Below are positions 15,133-24,040 of a DNA stretch of 50,885 bases, piece after piece. The position numbers and the translations under genes are program-made. Below the pieces are notes generated by a model. It was not told where the DNA came from. It saw only the letters and a program-made list of their open reading frames with translations, and searched no databases. How positions within the stretch are numbered: position 1 is the stretch's first letter; each line of letters starts with the position of its first letter. The stretch is from a virus. Where the stretch lies: IMG/VR virus record IMGVR_UViG_3300009528_000004; one strand, given 5' to 3'.

Positions 15133-16722
15133 GTGATAAACATGAATAAGATAACGAAGTATGAGATAGTAAAAAGCTATGGGATCCTGAAGGCTGAGAT
15201 ACAAAAAAGAGGCTTAAAGTTCAGCCCGAATGTGCTCCTGGATAAAGCCTTGTTCAAAAAGGCAATGATTGGGATTGACGTAGAGGGTCTTGATGATGTT
15301 ATTATTAAGGATTATGTTTCTATTAGCGGCCCTTTTGTGAAGTCCTGCCGGGAGGCCAAGGTAGTCGATGTAGTCATTAAGGATGATGAAGAGAACAGGG
15401 ATGAAGAACTGGAAGAGCAAATAAGCGAGGCTGTGCAAGGCGAAACCAAGAAGAAATGCAAATTTACCTATAATAAGGCTGGCCCGACTCCCCCTTATAT
15501 TCCGCTATTTGATAAAGTAATCAGGGCAAAGAGGGAGACGAGCAAAGTAGAGATCAGTAAAATTCCCGTGATAGTCTCAAAACCTTACCCTAATGAACAT
15601 TCTTGCAGATTAGAAGATCCAAAGAAATATGATACATGTAGAAGAGGCGAAAGGGTTGCTGATAAACCTGAATCGATAAAGGGCAAAAAGTATTTTGTTA
15701 TTTACTGTAAAAAAGGCAAAGGGCCGATGGAGCAGCAGGCACTTCGCTATCCGAAAGACAAATGGACCCTTGAGCAAGCAAAAGCACATTGTAAATTGAA
15801 TAAAGGTCTATTCGAGCCCGCTACTGAGAAGGTAGAAAAAGAGGAGCAGCTTGAGGAAGTTGTCGAAAAATTTGCAGGGAGTCCGAGGAATCCTTTCGGT
15901 ACCCACTGCAGTTTTAGATTCGAGGGCGGGGCAGCAGGATACAAGAAAGCCTGGATGGTGCACTTTTCCCAGATTAACGGCGGGGCCTTAACTCCGAGAG
16001 CATCAGGGCCAATCAGAGGAACCGTTAGAAGGGTGGCTATGATAGCGAAGGTAATGAAACCTACTTGTGATATTCGAGAATCCGAAGGAATGGGTGCACG
16101 CCGTGGTCCTAAAAGCCCGCTCCCGGGAAGCTATCCTCAGAGACCTTCCGATTATGGTCTGTCGTCCTGGCTAAGTCCGAGCGATGAGGAAGTAGATAGG
16201 GAAAAAGCTCTGAGATTTACCTGCAGCGACCTCAATGTGATCAAGAAGGCTGCGGTAGCCGAGGTAAAGAGAAGGATCAAAGACAGGGAGGCAGAAGAAG
16301 AGGCTAAGAAAGCAGACGAAGAAAAGGAAACAGAGAAGGGCCAAGCGCTTGAATTTACATTCGGAAAGGTCGACAAGAAGGAGCATATAGTGGGCGGGAT
16401 CATTTATGAGCCGGATAAGGAGGACACCCAGGGGGATAAGGCAAACGCAAAGGAGATCTGGAAAGCTCTCAAGAACTATATGATCGAGAAGAAATCTATT
16501 AAGGTCATGCACAAAGGAAAGGCCAAAAGCGTTCCCATAGTCGAGTGCTTCCAGGCGGAGGAAAATACCCATAAGGGAGGGACTGGTCCGGAGCACCTGG
16601 TCAAAAAAGGGGCCTGGTGGTTGAGTATTTACCTGGGTGATGAGCCGGAGATCTGGAAGGATGTCTTATCCGGCAAGCTAAATGGATTCAGCATGGCTGG
16701 TCGTGCATCGGCTAGCACTTGA
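15133..16722 (+). CDS. Prohead protease, XkdF-like C-terminal domain with long N-terminal extension
   Basis: The C-terminal 130 aa ('HIVGGIIYEPDKEDTQGD...IKVMHKG...GAWWLSIYL...GFSMAGRA') fit the XkdF-type protease. The middle carries 'PYPNEHSCRLEDP'. Confidence 0.7.
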   Translation: MINMNKITKYEIVKSYGILKAEIQKRGLKFSPNVLLDKALFKKAMIGIDVEGLDDVIIKDYVSISGPFVKSCREAKVVDVVIKDDEENRDEELEEQISEAVQGETKKKCKFTYNKAGPTPPYIPLFDKVIRAKRETSKVEISKIPVIVSKPYPNEHSCRLEDPKKYDTCRRGERVADKPESIKGKKYFVIYCKKGKGPMEQQALRYPKDKWTLEQAKAHCKLNKGLFEPATEKVEKEEQLEEVVEKFAGSPRNPFGTHCSFRFEGGAAGYKKAWMVHFSQINGGALTPRASGPIRGTVRRVAMIAKVMKPTCDIRESEGMGARRGPKSPLPGSYPQRPSDYGLSSWLSPSDEEVDREKALRFTCSDLNVIKKAAVAEVKRRIKDREAEEEAKKADEEKETEKGQALEFTFGKVDKKEHIVGGIIYEPDKEDTQGDKANAKEIWKALKNYMIEKKSIKVMHKGKAKSVPIVECFQAEENTHKGGTGPEHLVKKGAWWLSIYLGDEPEIWKDVLSGKLNGFSMAGRASAST

Positions 16723-16746
16723 CATCTTAAAACTATCATATATGAT
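16719..16746 (+). promoter_or_regulatory. Sigma-70-like promoter TTGACA-N16-TATGAT
   Basis: TTGACA at 16719..16724 overlaps the protease stop codon. TATGAT at 16741..16746. Confidence 0.45.
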
Positions 16747-16833
16747 TGCTATTGATAATTGACAATTTGATAAAGCGACGCCAAAAGGGTTAAGGTCGTG
16801 CTAAAGTTCCCTTAGCCAACTGAGGGAAGCTAG

Positions 16834-16894
16834 AAGCGGACGCCTAAGCTATTCGGATCGTGAATCTGAAAGGTTTAGGTGTCCGCTTTTTTTA
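16834..16894 (+). terminator. Strong intrinsic terminator
   Basis: A 14-bp stem (16834..16847 with 16875..16888, one G-U pair) followed by a T7 run. Confidence 0.7.
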
Positions 16895-16932
16895 TTGAAA
16901 TACCTAAACCAAGAAAAGAGAGGTGATTGTGA

Positions 16933-17889
16933 ATGGCCAGGGAATTGAAGGAGATCGAGGTTGAAGAGATCAGCCTTGTCGATGCTGCTTCAAATCGCAA
17001 GAAGTTCTACATTGTCAAGAAAGACGATACAAAGAAACAGAAAACCCAAATTTCGATAAATAGTGACGGGACGGTCAAGGGTACTAAGATACTTATGGGC
17101 GGTGAGGAGGTCAAGGACCTAGTAGATTTTAGTTTCTCGTTCTACATGCCAAGAAGTGGCGATGTAGACGGACTAGGGAAAAATATCTCCTGCTCCTATT
17201 CAAAAGTTACCGAGACCGAGGACGGTTTCAAGCATACCGACCATTTCTATTTATCAAAATCACTGGAGGTGAAAGAGGGAATGAAAGACCTAAAAGAGCA
17301 ATTACAAGAGTTACTAGGGGAGGATTTCTCTGAGGAAGATTTCGAGAAGGCCCAAAAGAAACTTGACGAGAAAGTCATTGGTGCTTTGAAGGGAGCTTTG
17401 AATATCCTCAATAAATACAAGGGAGACTTCCCAGACGAGCTTAAGAAGGCGGTGGGAGTCCTAGCCAAGCACGCTGGCTATGGGGCAACCCAGAAATCTA
17501 AGGAGCCTTATAAGCTCGAGGAAATATTGGAGGTACTAGAGAAAGCTCACCTGGAAAAAGCCGGCGCCAAACTCTCCAAGAGTACCAGGCAGCAAATTCA
17601 GAAAGCTATTGATGCTCTAACGAAGCTTCTTGAGCTAGACAAGAAGAACACAGAAGGAAACGGAGAACTCAAGAAGGAGCTCGAAGAGATCAAGGATTCT
17701 ATGAAGAAACTGGCAGGGAAACTGGGAGAGAAAGGCAAGGATGAGGATGTCAAGGAAGAGCTGGGTAAGATAACCAAGAGACTGGAGACCATCGAGAAGA
17801 TTAAGGGAGTCAAAAAATCGATTGATGGAGATGGTAGTTCAGAAGAAAAAGGAGACAAGTGGCCTTCTTTTAACCTTGGTGAAGAATAA
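16933..17889 (+). CDS. Scaffolding protein
   Basis: K/E-rich, predicted coiled coil, positioned between protease and capsid. Confidence 0.7.
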   Translation: MARELKEIEVEEISLVDAASNRKKFYIVKKDDTKKQKTQISINSDGTVKGTKILMGGEEVKDLVDFSFSFYMPRSGDVDGLGKNISCSYSKVTETEDGFKHTDHFYLSKSLEVKEGMKDLKEQLQELLGEDFSEEDFEKAQKKLDEKVIGALKGALNILNKYKGDFPDELKKAVGVLAKHAGYGATQKSKEPYKLEEILEVLEKAHLEKAGAKLSKSTRQQIQKAIDALTKLLELDKKNTEGNGELKKELEEIKDSMKKLAGKLGEKGKDEDVKEELGKITKRLETIEKIKGVKKSIDGDGSSEEKGDKWPSFNLGEE

Positions 17890-17974
17890 CCGAATTGTTC
17901 CTTATGGTTATTGTTGAAGTTTAGCGAAGAATAGATTGTTTAATTAAATTAAGAAATAGCGAGGTGAAAAACTA

Positions 17975-19066
17975 ATGCTTACAAATGCTGAACTACTGAG
18001 CAAACAGAAATTCCTGAAAGCGATGAAAGCTCTCCCGGATATTGAACTGACAGCTCAGGAAGCAGACCAGTTTATCGACTACGTTATAGATCAGTCCTTC
18101 TGGAACAAGAACGCCCGGATAGTCAAAATGAATAAGAACGAGAAGAACATCCGGTACCTGGGGTACGGATCTGGACGGTTCTTGAAACCCGCTGACAAGT
18201 TTAGCGTCACGGATTACAAGAAGGAGTTCTATAGCGGAAAGATAGCTCTTGTCTCTAAAAAGGTAAGAGGAGCAATCGAGATCTTTGATGATGACCTTGA
18301 GGATAACATCGAAGGTCAGGCTTTTGCAGATCATCTGATGAGGGTGATTGCAGCTAAGGTCGCTAATGAGTTGGATGAGGCTTACTTTGTATCTAATGCG
18401 GATTATGCTGATACGGATATAAGGAGTCTCTGGGAAGGATTTAGGTATATCCTTCTCGGTTACGCTCCAACTGAGGCTGATGATGCTCACATGCTTCCCA
18501 AAGCAGCCAAGAAAATGGATGCAAGTGCTACCGATGACTTTGAAGTCGCCGGTGGAATTGCTGAGAGATGGGAGAATCCTGCTGCCTCCGGGTTCTTTGA
18601 CTGGGAATTTAAGTTCGGCCAGATGTTGGCAAAGCTCCCTTCTAAGTACAAGGTGAAGGGTCTGGCGAACTTAAGATACTTCTGTAATGATATAATCCTG
18701 GCGGATTACGTCAAAGCACTGGCAGCTCGGTCTACAGCTCTAGGAGATAAGGCGATTATTGGCGGCGAGCCCCTGACGTACATGACCATTCCTATCGTAA
18801 CCGTTCCACTTATGCCTGCGAACTTTGCAGCGTATAGCGATGGAAAGGAGATGTATGAGGATGAGGCTGGCGCCACCTACAAGTACGCCGATGTTGTCCT
18901 GACAAACAAGGATAACTTTATTATCGGTTTACAGAGGGCCCTAAAGCTGGAATCCCAGAGAGTTCCTGAAGATGAGGCTCAAAGAGTCTTTTACTCTATG
19001 AGAGCTGATCTTAAGGTGGAAAATCCAGAAGCGGCTGTGATTCTCTACAATCTGACTCACTCATAA
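17975..19066 (+). CDS. Major capsid protein (HK97-fold type)
   Basis: 363 aa directly after the scaffold. 'VRGAIEIFDDDLEDNIEGQAFADHLMRVIAAKVANELDEAYF' fits the capsid P-domain/E-loop pattern. Confidence 0.8.
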   Translation: MLTNAELLSKQKFLKAMKALPDIELTAQEADQFIDYVIDQSFWNKNARIVKMNKNEKNIRYLGYGSGRFLKPADKFSVTDYKKEFYSGKIALVSKKVRGAIEIFDDDLEDNIEGQAFADHLMRVIAAKVANELDEAYFVSNADYADTDIRSLWEGFRYILLGYAPTEADDAHMLPKAAKKMDASATDDFEVAGGIAERWENPAASGFFDWEFKFGQMLAKLPSKYKVKGLANLRYFCNDIILADYVKALAARSTALGDKAIIGGEPLTYMTIPIVTVPLMPANFAAYSDGKEMYEDEAGATYKYADVVLTNKDNFIIGLQRALKLESQRVPEDEAQRVFYSMRADLKVENPEAAVILYNLTHS

Positions 19067-19076
19067 GGAGGGTTAA

Positions 19077-19337
19077 ATGTGGAAGATAATCAACCGTGGG
19101 ACTGGTATTGATTTATATGTTAGGGGCGTGAAGTGTTATCTCGCTCCGGGCTGTGTTATCAAAACAAACGATACTAAGCTGATAGAGGAAGCGAGGAAAG
19201 CTCCCTATGTACTGGTTACTGAGGATTTTAGCGGTTTTAGTTTAGGGAAGCTAAGGAAGCTGGCCTCTCAGAGGGGGATTATAAAATTTGGTAGATTTAC
19301 TAAAAAGAAATTACTTGAAAAACTGCAAGCGAGGTGA
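19077..19337 (+). CDS. Small head-associated protein with Rho-N/SAP-like C-terminal motif
   Basis: 'LRKLASQRGIIKFGRFTKKKLLEKLQ'. Confidence 0.5.
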   Translation: MWKIINRGTGIDLYVRGVKCYLAPGCVIKTNDTKLIEEARKAPYVLVTEDFSGFSLGKLRKLASQRGIIKFGRFTKKKLLEKLQAR

Positions 19338-19343
19338 TAATAA

Positions 19344-20234
19344 ATGAGACAAGATCTTAGTACTCTTGATAGGGATATAGGACAGCCTTGGAGTCGTGTT
19401 ATCCAGGAGGCTTTTAGGGATGGTATAGACTGCGATATAATTCATGGTGGGCTCTTAGTAGGTGGAAGCCAGCAGGGTTTATACGGACAGAGCGCCACCC
19501 CGAATTATATTATAGGAACACGCAGGATAAGCCCTGATGGGCGTGTATATCGTTACGTCAAAGCGACTAACATTATTGCACAAACCCATTTTGGTCTGAA
19601 ATTCTACTCCCGGATAGCTGATGGAATAGGAAATACCCCTCCGTTACAGACTCAGATTGTCGGCGATTCGACTATTAAAATTGATTCTGGTAAAGGTGCT
19701 GCTGGTGTCGCTAAGGATGAGCTGGTTGGTGGTTATGTTATAATTCACCTTGGAAGTGATAACTATAACCAATTTAGAGGTATTACCGGCAATACCCTTG
19801 CTGATGGAGATGGATACGTCACGATTACCCTTGATGCACCACTGACGGCGGCTATCAAGCTTTCTCACAGCGTAGAGGTTCTTCAGAATCCCTATGGTAA
19901 TGTGCGGTTGATGGCTGGGCCGAGTGGCGGGATGGCAGGAACTGGGTTTGCATCTGTAGCTGGAATACCAAATGTAAAGACCCTTGTGGCAAACCAGTAC
20001 ATTTGGATTCAGACCTGGGGGCCGATTTGGATAAATCCACACGGTGATGCGGGATCTGGTGTCGATCAGTGCGAACGAAAATTGGTCTTTGATGCCGAGG
20101 GCTCAGTTTCTGTTGCCGACGAAGTATCTCATGGTGGTATTACTCAAACCGATGGAGATGAGCAGGTAGCTGGCTTCATTATTGACAGGGTTGCTGGCGG
20201 ACCGCCTCTGATTATGTTACAGATTAGTCCGTAA
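19344..20234 (+). CDS. Virion structural protein of unknown family (296 aa, Gly-rich)
   Basis: Lies between the capsid and connector genes. No family recognised. Confidence 0.55.
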   Translation: MRQDLSTLDRDIGQPWSRVIQEAFRDGIDCDIIHGGLLVGGSQQGLYGQSATPNYIIGTRRISPDGRVYRYVKATNIIAQTHFGLKFYSRIADGIGNTPPLQTQIVGDSTIKIDSGKGAAGVAKDELVGGYVIIHLGSDNYNQFRGITGNTLADGDGYVTITLDAPLTAAIKLSHSVEVLQNPYGNVRLMAGPSGGMAGTGFASVAGIPNVKTLVANQYIWIQTWGPIWINPHGDAGSGVDQCERKLVFDAEGSVSVADEVSHGGITQTDGDEQVAGFIIDRVAGGPPLIMLQISP

Positions 20235-20307
20235 GTCGAGATAACAGGCTTTTGGGGGCTTGAGCCTTATCAAGCCCCGTAAAAATCTGTAAAGAGAGGA
20301 GGCTAAT

Positions 20308-21150
20308 TTGCCAAAAAAACCGCATACAGCTATAGGTAATTATGTTCATGAAGATGATATAGATAACTGGCCTGAGAGTTATGCCGATCCAGAACAGCAG
20401 GAAGTAATTGATAGAATTGAGGAACTCGTTGAGAAGATTACGGGAGATTATTTCTATCCTAAAGATTTTGATATTTACCTTGATGGAAATGGAAAAAGTA
20501 GGATCTTCCTCAGCTTCAAGCCTAACATCCTAAGTATCTCCTCTATAGAAGTCTCAGGAGTCAGTCTCGGCACTTCCTGGTATACCCATGACGAGGATTC
20601 AGTTTATCTTGACTCTGAGTTACCCAGTAATGGCGTTTTAGAAGTAGAGACAGTCCTCTTCCCAAAAGGGAGAGGGAATATCCATATTGTAGGAACTAAG
20701 GGCTGGCCTGATGGAAAATTAGATATAGATAACGTAAGCGGAATTTTTCAGGTAGGAGAAACTATTTCAGCTCCGGCTCCTCCCGGTGGAAGCGGAGCGA
20801 CTGCTACAGTCAAAGAGGTCTATCCTACCTATCTTAAGATCATAAACAGAAGCGCCACAAATTTTGTCGAGAATGAACAGATCACCGGAGCAACCTCCGG
20901 AGCAACCGCCGATGTCAATAATTTATACGGCGCAGTAAATGACCCACCCAGAGCTATCAAGAAAGCCTGTATAATCCTTTGCCGGTACGATAATGATAAT
21001 ACCCTCTATACGAAATACGCCTTTGACTCAGAGCATTTAGGAGATTGGAGCTATGCCAGGGGAGGCAAGAAGCATCTAACCGGAGTAGTAGAGGCCGATG
21101 AACAACTGATACCTTTCATAAAGAGAAAGCCCTTAATCGGAGTTGTCTAG
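20308..21150 (+). CDS. Head-tail connector (gp6-like) with inserted repeat domain
   Basis: The N-terminal 'ADPEQQEVIDRIEELVEKITGDYF' is adaptor-like. The insertion is at about aa 141..207. Confidence 0.6.
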   Translation: MPKKPHTAIGNYVHEDDIDNWPESYADPEQQEVIDRIEELVEKITGDYFYPKDFDIYLDGNGKSRIFLSFKPNILSISSIEVSGVSLGTSWYTHDEDSVYLDSELPSNGVLEVETVLFPKGRGNIHIVGTKGWPDGKLDIDNVSGIFQVGETISAPAPPGGSGATATVKEVYPTYLKIINRSATNFVENEQITGATSGATADVNNLYGAVNDPPRAIKKACIILCRYDNDNTLYTKYAFDSEHLGDWSYARGGKKHLTGVVEADEQLIPFIKRKPLIGVV

Positions 21151-21672
21151 GTGAATTTCAATAACAGAGTTGACATCCAAAGAAAGTATAAAATCCCGGA
21201 TGGCATGGGAGGGTTTATCGATAAGTGGGCTAACCTAGAGAGATTAAACATAAGCAGCCTTGCAGGAACTTTCGTAGAGCATGAGATCATCACCGGAGGA
21301 AAAAGCGAGGCTACTGCTAAGGTGGGTAAAGTCGGTGAGGGCTACCTTGAGATCTACGGGAAGAGCGAAACGAACTTTGAGCTTGAGGAAGAGATTACTG
21401 GTACAACCTCTGAGGCTACTGCTGATATTGACAATATTATTAGTCTGGCGAATACCGCCTGCAGGTTGCAGCCCTATTCCGGAAGGGAGCTTTTTACGGC
21501 AGGCAAGGAGACAGTATTTGCCAGTCACCGACTATTTATGTCAGTTCCCCCGATCCCGATTACTGAAAAAGACAGAGCGAAATTCGGGACCAGGAAATTT
21601 GGTATTGAATTGATCAAAAATTGGGATGAGGCTGATAGATTTTATAGATTAGACGTACTCGAAATTGAATGA
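21151..21672 (+). CDS. Head-closure protein (SPP1 gp16 / HK97 gp9-like) with inserted repeat domain
   Basis: 'RVDIQRKYKIPDGMGGFIDKW' and 'CRLQPYSGRELF' flank an insertion of about 65 aa. Confidence 0.7.
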   Translation: MNFNNRVDIQRKYKIPDGMGGFIDKWANLERLNISSLAGTFVEHEIITGGKSEATAKVGKVGEGYLEIYGKSETNFELEEEITGTTSEATADIDNIISLANTACRLQPYSGRELFTAGKETVFASHRLFMSVPPIPITEKDRAKFGTRKFGIELIKNWDEADRFYRLDVLEIE

Positions 21673-21839
21673 TATTCCTTAAATTGAAAAAGGATTGGCA
21701 TAATTATTGGCGAGGGAGCGTAACCGAAGTAGATGACAAAGAAGCAGATCTGCTAGTCCAAAGGAAAATTGCAGTCTATTCTTCCCCGCAAGATTACATG
21801 ACTAAAAGCGACTTGGATTTTGCACTGAAAAGAAGGTGA
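21669..21839 (+). CDS. Hypothetical protein (56 aa)
   Basis: ATGA coupling. Below the ORF-track cutoff. Confidence 0.45.
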   Translation: MIFLKLKKDWHNYWRGSVTEVDDKEADLLVQRKIAVYSSPQDYMTKSDLDFALKRR

Positions 21840-21843
21840 CGGT

Positions 21844-22008
21844 ATGCAGATTTTCGGACTGATAGTAATGGTAATAGGATCAGCAGGAATTGTATCCTCA
21901 GTAATTATGGAGATCAAGACCAGAGAACCAGTCTATGCTCTCATGATGAAGATTTTTCCCTTGATATTTTCCATAGGAGCGATCTTTTTCTTCATAATAG
22001 GAAAATAA
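21844..22008 (+). CDS. Small two-TM membrane protein (54 aa)
   Basis: 'IFGLIVMVIGSAGIVSSVIM' and 'IFPLIFSIGAIFFFII'. Tightly packed between neighbouring genes. Confidence 0.5.
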   Translation: MQIFGLIVMVIGSAGIVSSVIMEIKTREPVYALMMKIFPLIFSIGAIFFFIIGK

Positions 22009-22009
22009 A

Positions 22010-22360
22010 ATGGATGTTAAGTGGTATGGCAAGAAACTCAAGGAGGAGATGCGGGCTAAGGCCGTCAAAAATATGACCGATGCCTGTTTATTCTTGGAAG
22101 CAGACATTAAGAAGAGCTTAACAGGAAAAAGCCCCTCAGCCCCGGGTGAGCCTCCAGGAAAAAAATCAGGAACGCTGGGAAGGTCGGTCACGCATGAGGT
22201 AGAAAAAACATCTCATGGTGTGGTAGGAAGAGTAGGAACAAATATTACTTATGCAGTACCCTTAGAGTTTGGGACTTCCAAGATGGCAGCTCGTCCTTTT
22301 ATGCGTCCCGGGCTGGAAAGAAATAAAAGCAAGATAGCAAAAATCATAGCGAGGAAATAA
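22010..22360 (+). CDS. Tail-completion protein, HK97 gp10 family
   Basis: 'GRVGTNITYAVPLEFGTSKMAARPFMRP'. Confidence 0.8.
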   Translation: MDVKWYGKKLKEEMRAKAVKNMTDACLFLEADIKKSLTGKSPSAPGEPPGKKSGTLGRSVTHEVEKTSHGVVGRVGTNITYAVPLEFGTSKMAARPFMRPGLERNKSKIAKIIARK

Positions 22361-24031
22361 ATGGAAAAAGTATCGATTCTTATCCCCACACGCCAAAGAT
22401 ATAAGAAGTTGACAAAGTGTCTTGAATCACTCTTTGAGAATACCAAATATCCCGATTGGGAAGTTATAGTGATTTTGGATAGGGATGACGTTGATTCTTT
22501 AATGTTAGTACATGAATTTGAGATGGCCCATACGAGAGAGATAAAAAAGATTGTTAAATCAAAACGGGAGATGTATGTTGGCAAAATCAATGAGGGCTAT
22601 CACAAAACAGATTCTTCCCTCATAGTCTTTCTAGCCGATGATGTCGAGGTTCAGAAGAATTGGCTGATTGAGGCAGTATTAACCTTCAATGAGTCGTTCC
22701 CGGATGGAATGGGGCTGGTCTCCTTCCAGGATGAGTTCGACGATAGGCTCGCTCCCCATGGGCTAATCTCTAGGAAATACGTTGAGGAATTCTTAAACGG
22801 GAACATCTTCTATCCCGGGTACGTTCATTATTGGTGTGATACGGAGTTAACTGTCAGGAGCAAAAAATGGAATCGGTTTGTCCATTCTCCTAAGTCAATA
22901 ACTATTCACAGATCGAGGCCAGAGATAGATAGGCATGGAAAGGATGACGACCATATTCGCAAGGAAGCAAGAACAACTCTGAAGCAAGGAGAAGAGCTGT
23001 TGATTTTTCGACAGTGCTGGGGTTTTCCTGACAAGATGCCGAGAATGAAGAACTTTAAGTTGCCGAGTAAAGTTGATATTCGCTTTATGCCAACGGAGGA
23101 GCTTGAGTTTTATGTTGGATTCGGGGTGGACACTAGAAAAAAGCTTGATTGGAAAGTTGACAGGGAAACAGCGCTTTTCTTCCTGAAGCTTTTTCCGGGA
23201 TACTTCAAACCGATAATTGAGAAAAAGAAGACCGATTCTATGGTGCTTCTTAAGCTCAAGATACTAGCCATCGTCTGTGTTTACAATGAGATGGATATAT
23301 TACCCTACCTTATTGATCATTTAGCTTCTCAGGACATAGATATCTTTGTCTTCGATAACTACTCTACCGATGGAACATGGGAATACCTAAGGGAAAGAGG
23401 GATTGATTGTGAGAAGCTTGATACGCATGAACAACTCAATTTGGTGCTGATTATCGAAGCTAAGATGAAGAAGTGGGATCAAGTAAAGCCTGACTGGTGT
23501 ATCTATCAGGATGCCGATGAATTTCCATTAACTTTAGAATTTCCAACCCTGAGAGAATTGATAGAGGATAGGGACAGGAGAGGATTCGATGCCATCAATC
23601 AACTAAGGGTTACTTTCTTACCAACAGGTGAGGAAGATTTCGGGAAAAAAGACCCTCGCAAGATTTTCCGTTACTATGATAAGGATTACTGGTTCTCCTC
23701 CACTAATGCCTGCTCGGATAGGATATTCAAGTATAAAAGGAAAGTTAGCTTAAGTGGGGGTGCGCATTATATTTTGAATAGTGTGCGCAGGAGCAGGGAA
23801 GGACTTAATAATGTAATTTTCCATTATCCTTATAGGGAATTCGCAGAGAGGCAATTGGAAGAAAGAAAATCTCGATCCTCAAAAGCTGAAATCAAGGGAG
23901 GTTTGCATAGGCATTATTTTGAATCTTACCCAAAAGGCTTCGTTTGGAAGAAGGAAGGAAAAGGAGATTTGATGAATCCTAAGGACCCTTTGCATAAATT
24001 TTATGCGGCTGAGGCAGTTAGAGTAGTTTGA
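22361..24031 (+). CDS. Two-domain family-2-type glycosyltransferase (556 aa)
   Basis: N-terminal half: 'VSILIPTRQRY...WEVIVILDRDD' and 'FLADDVE'. C-terminal half: 'ILAIVCVYNEMDILPYLIDHL...VFDNYSTDGT' and 'QDADEF'. Confidence 0.8.
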   Translation: MEKVSILIPTRQRYKKLTKCLESLFENTKYPDWEVIVILDRDDVDSLMLVHEFEMAHTREIKKIVKSKREMYVGKINEGYHKTDSSLIVFLADDVEVQKNWLIEAVLTFNESFPDGMGLVSFQDEFDDRLAPHGLISRKYVEEFLNGNIFYPGYVHYWCDTELTVRSKKWNRFVHSPKSITIHRSRPEIDRHGKDDDHIRKEARTTLKQGEELLIFRQCWGFPDKMPRMKNFKLPSKVDIRFMPTEELEFYVGFGVDTRKKLDWKVDRETALFFLKLFPGYFKPIIEKKKTDSMVLLKLKILAIVCVYNEMDILPYLIDHLASQDIDIFVFDNYSTDGTWEYLRERGIDCEKLDTHEQLNLVLIIEAKMKKWDQVKPDWCIYQDADEFPLTLEFPTLRELIEDRDRRGFDAINQLRVTFLPTGEEDFGKKDPRKIFRYYDKDYWFSSTNACSDRIFKYKRKVSLSGGAHYILNSVRRSREGLNNVIFHYPYREFAERQLEERKSRSSKAEIKGGLHRHYFESYPKGFVWKKEGKGDLMNPKDPLHKFYAAEAVRVV

Positions 24032-24040
24032 GGTAAGAGA

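Noticed and set aside
15030-15149. 39-aa ORF bridging the YkgJ-like gene and the protease gene.
   Set aside because: It overlaps both neighbours in a different frame and has no clear RBS. It cannot be distinguished from chance.
16171-18490. Minus-strand ORFs 16171..16596 and 17993..18490 (141 and 165 aa), and 17247..17858 fragments.
   Set aside because: They are nested antisense to the protease, scaffold and capsid genes, have no RBS, and their composition is typical of the reverse frames of K/E-rich genes.
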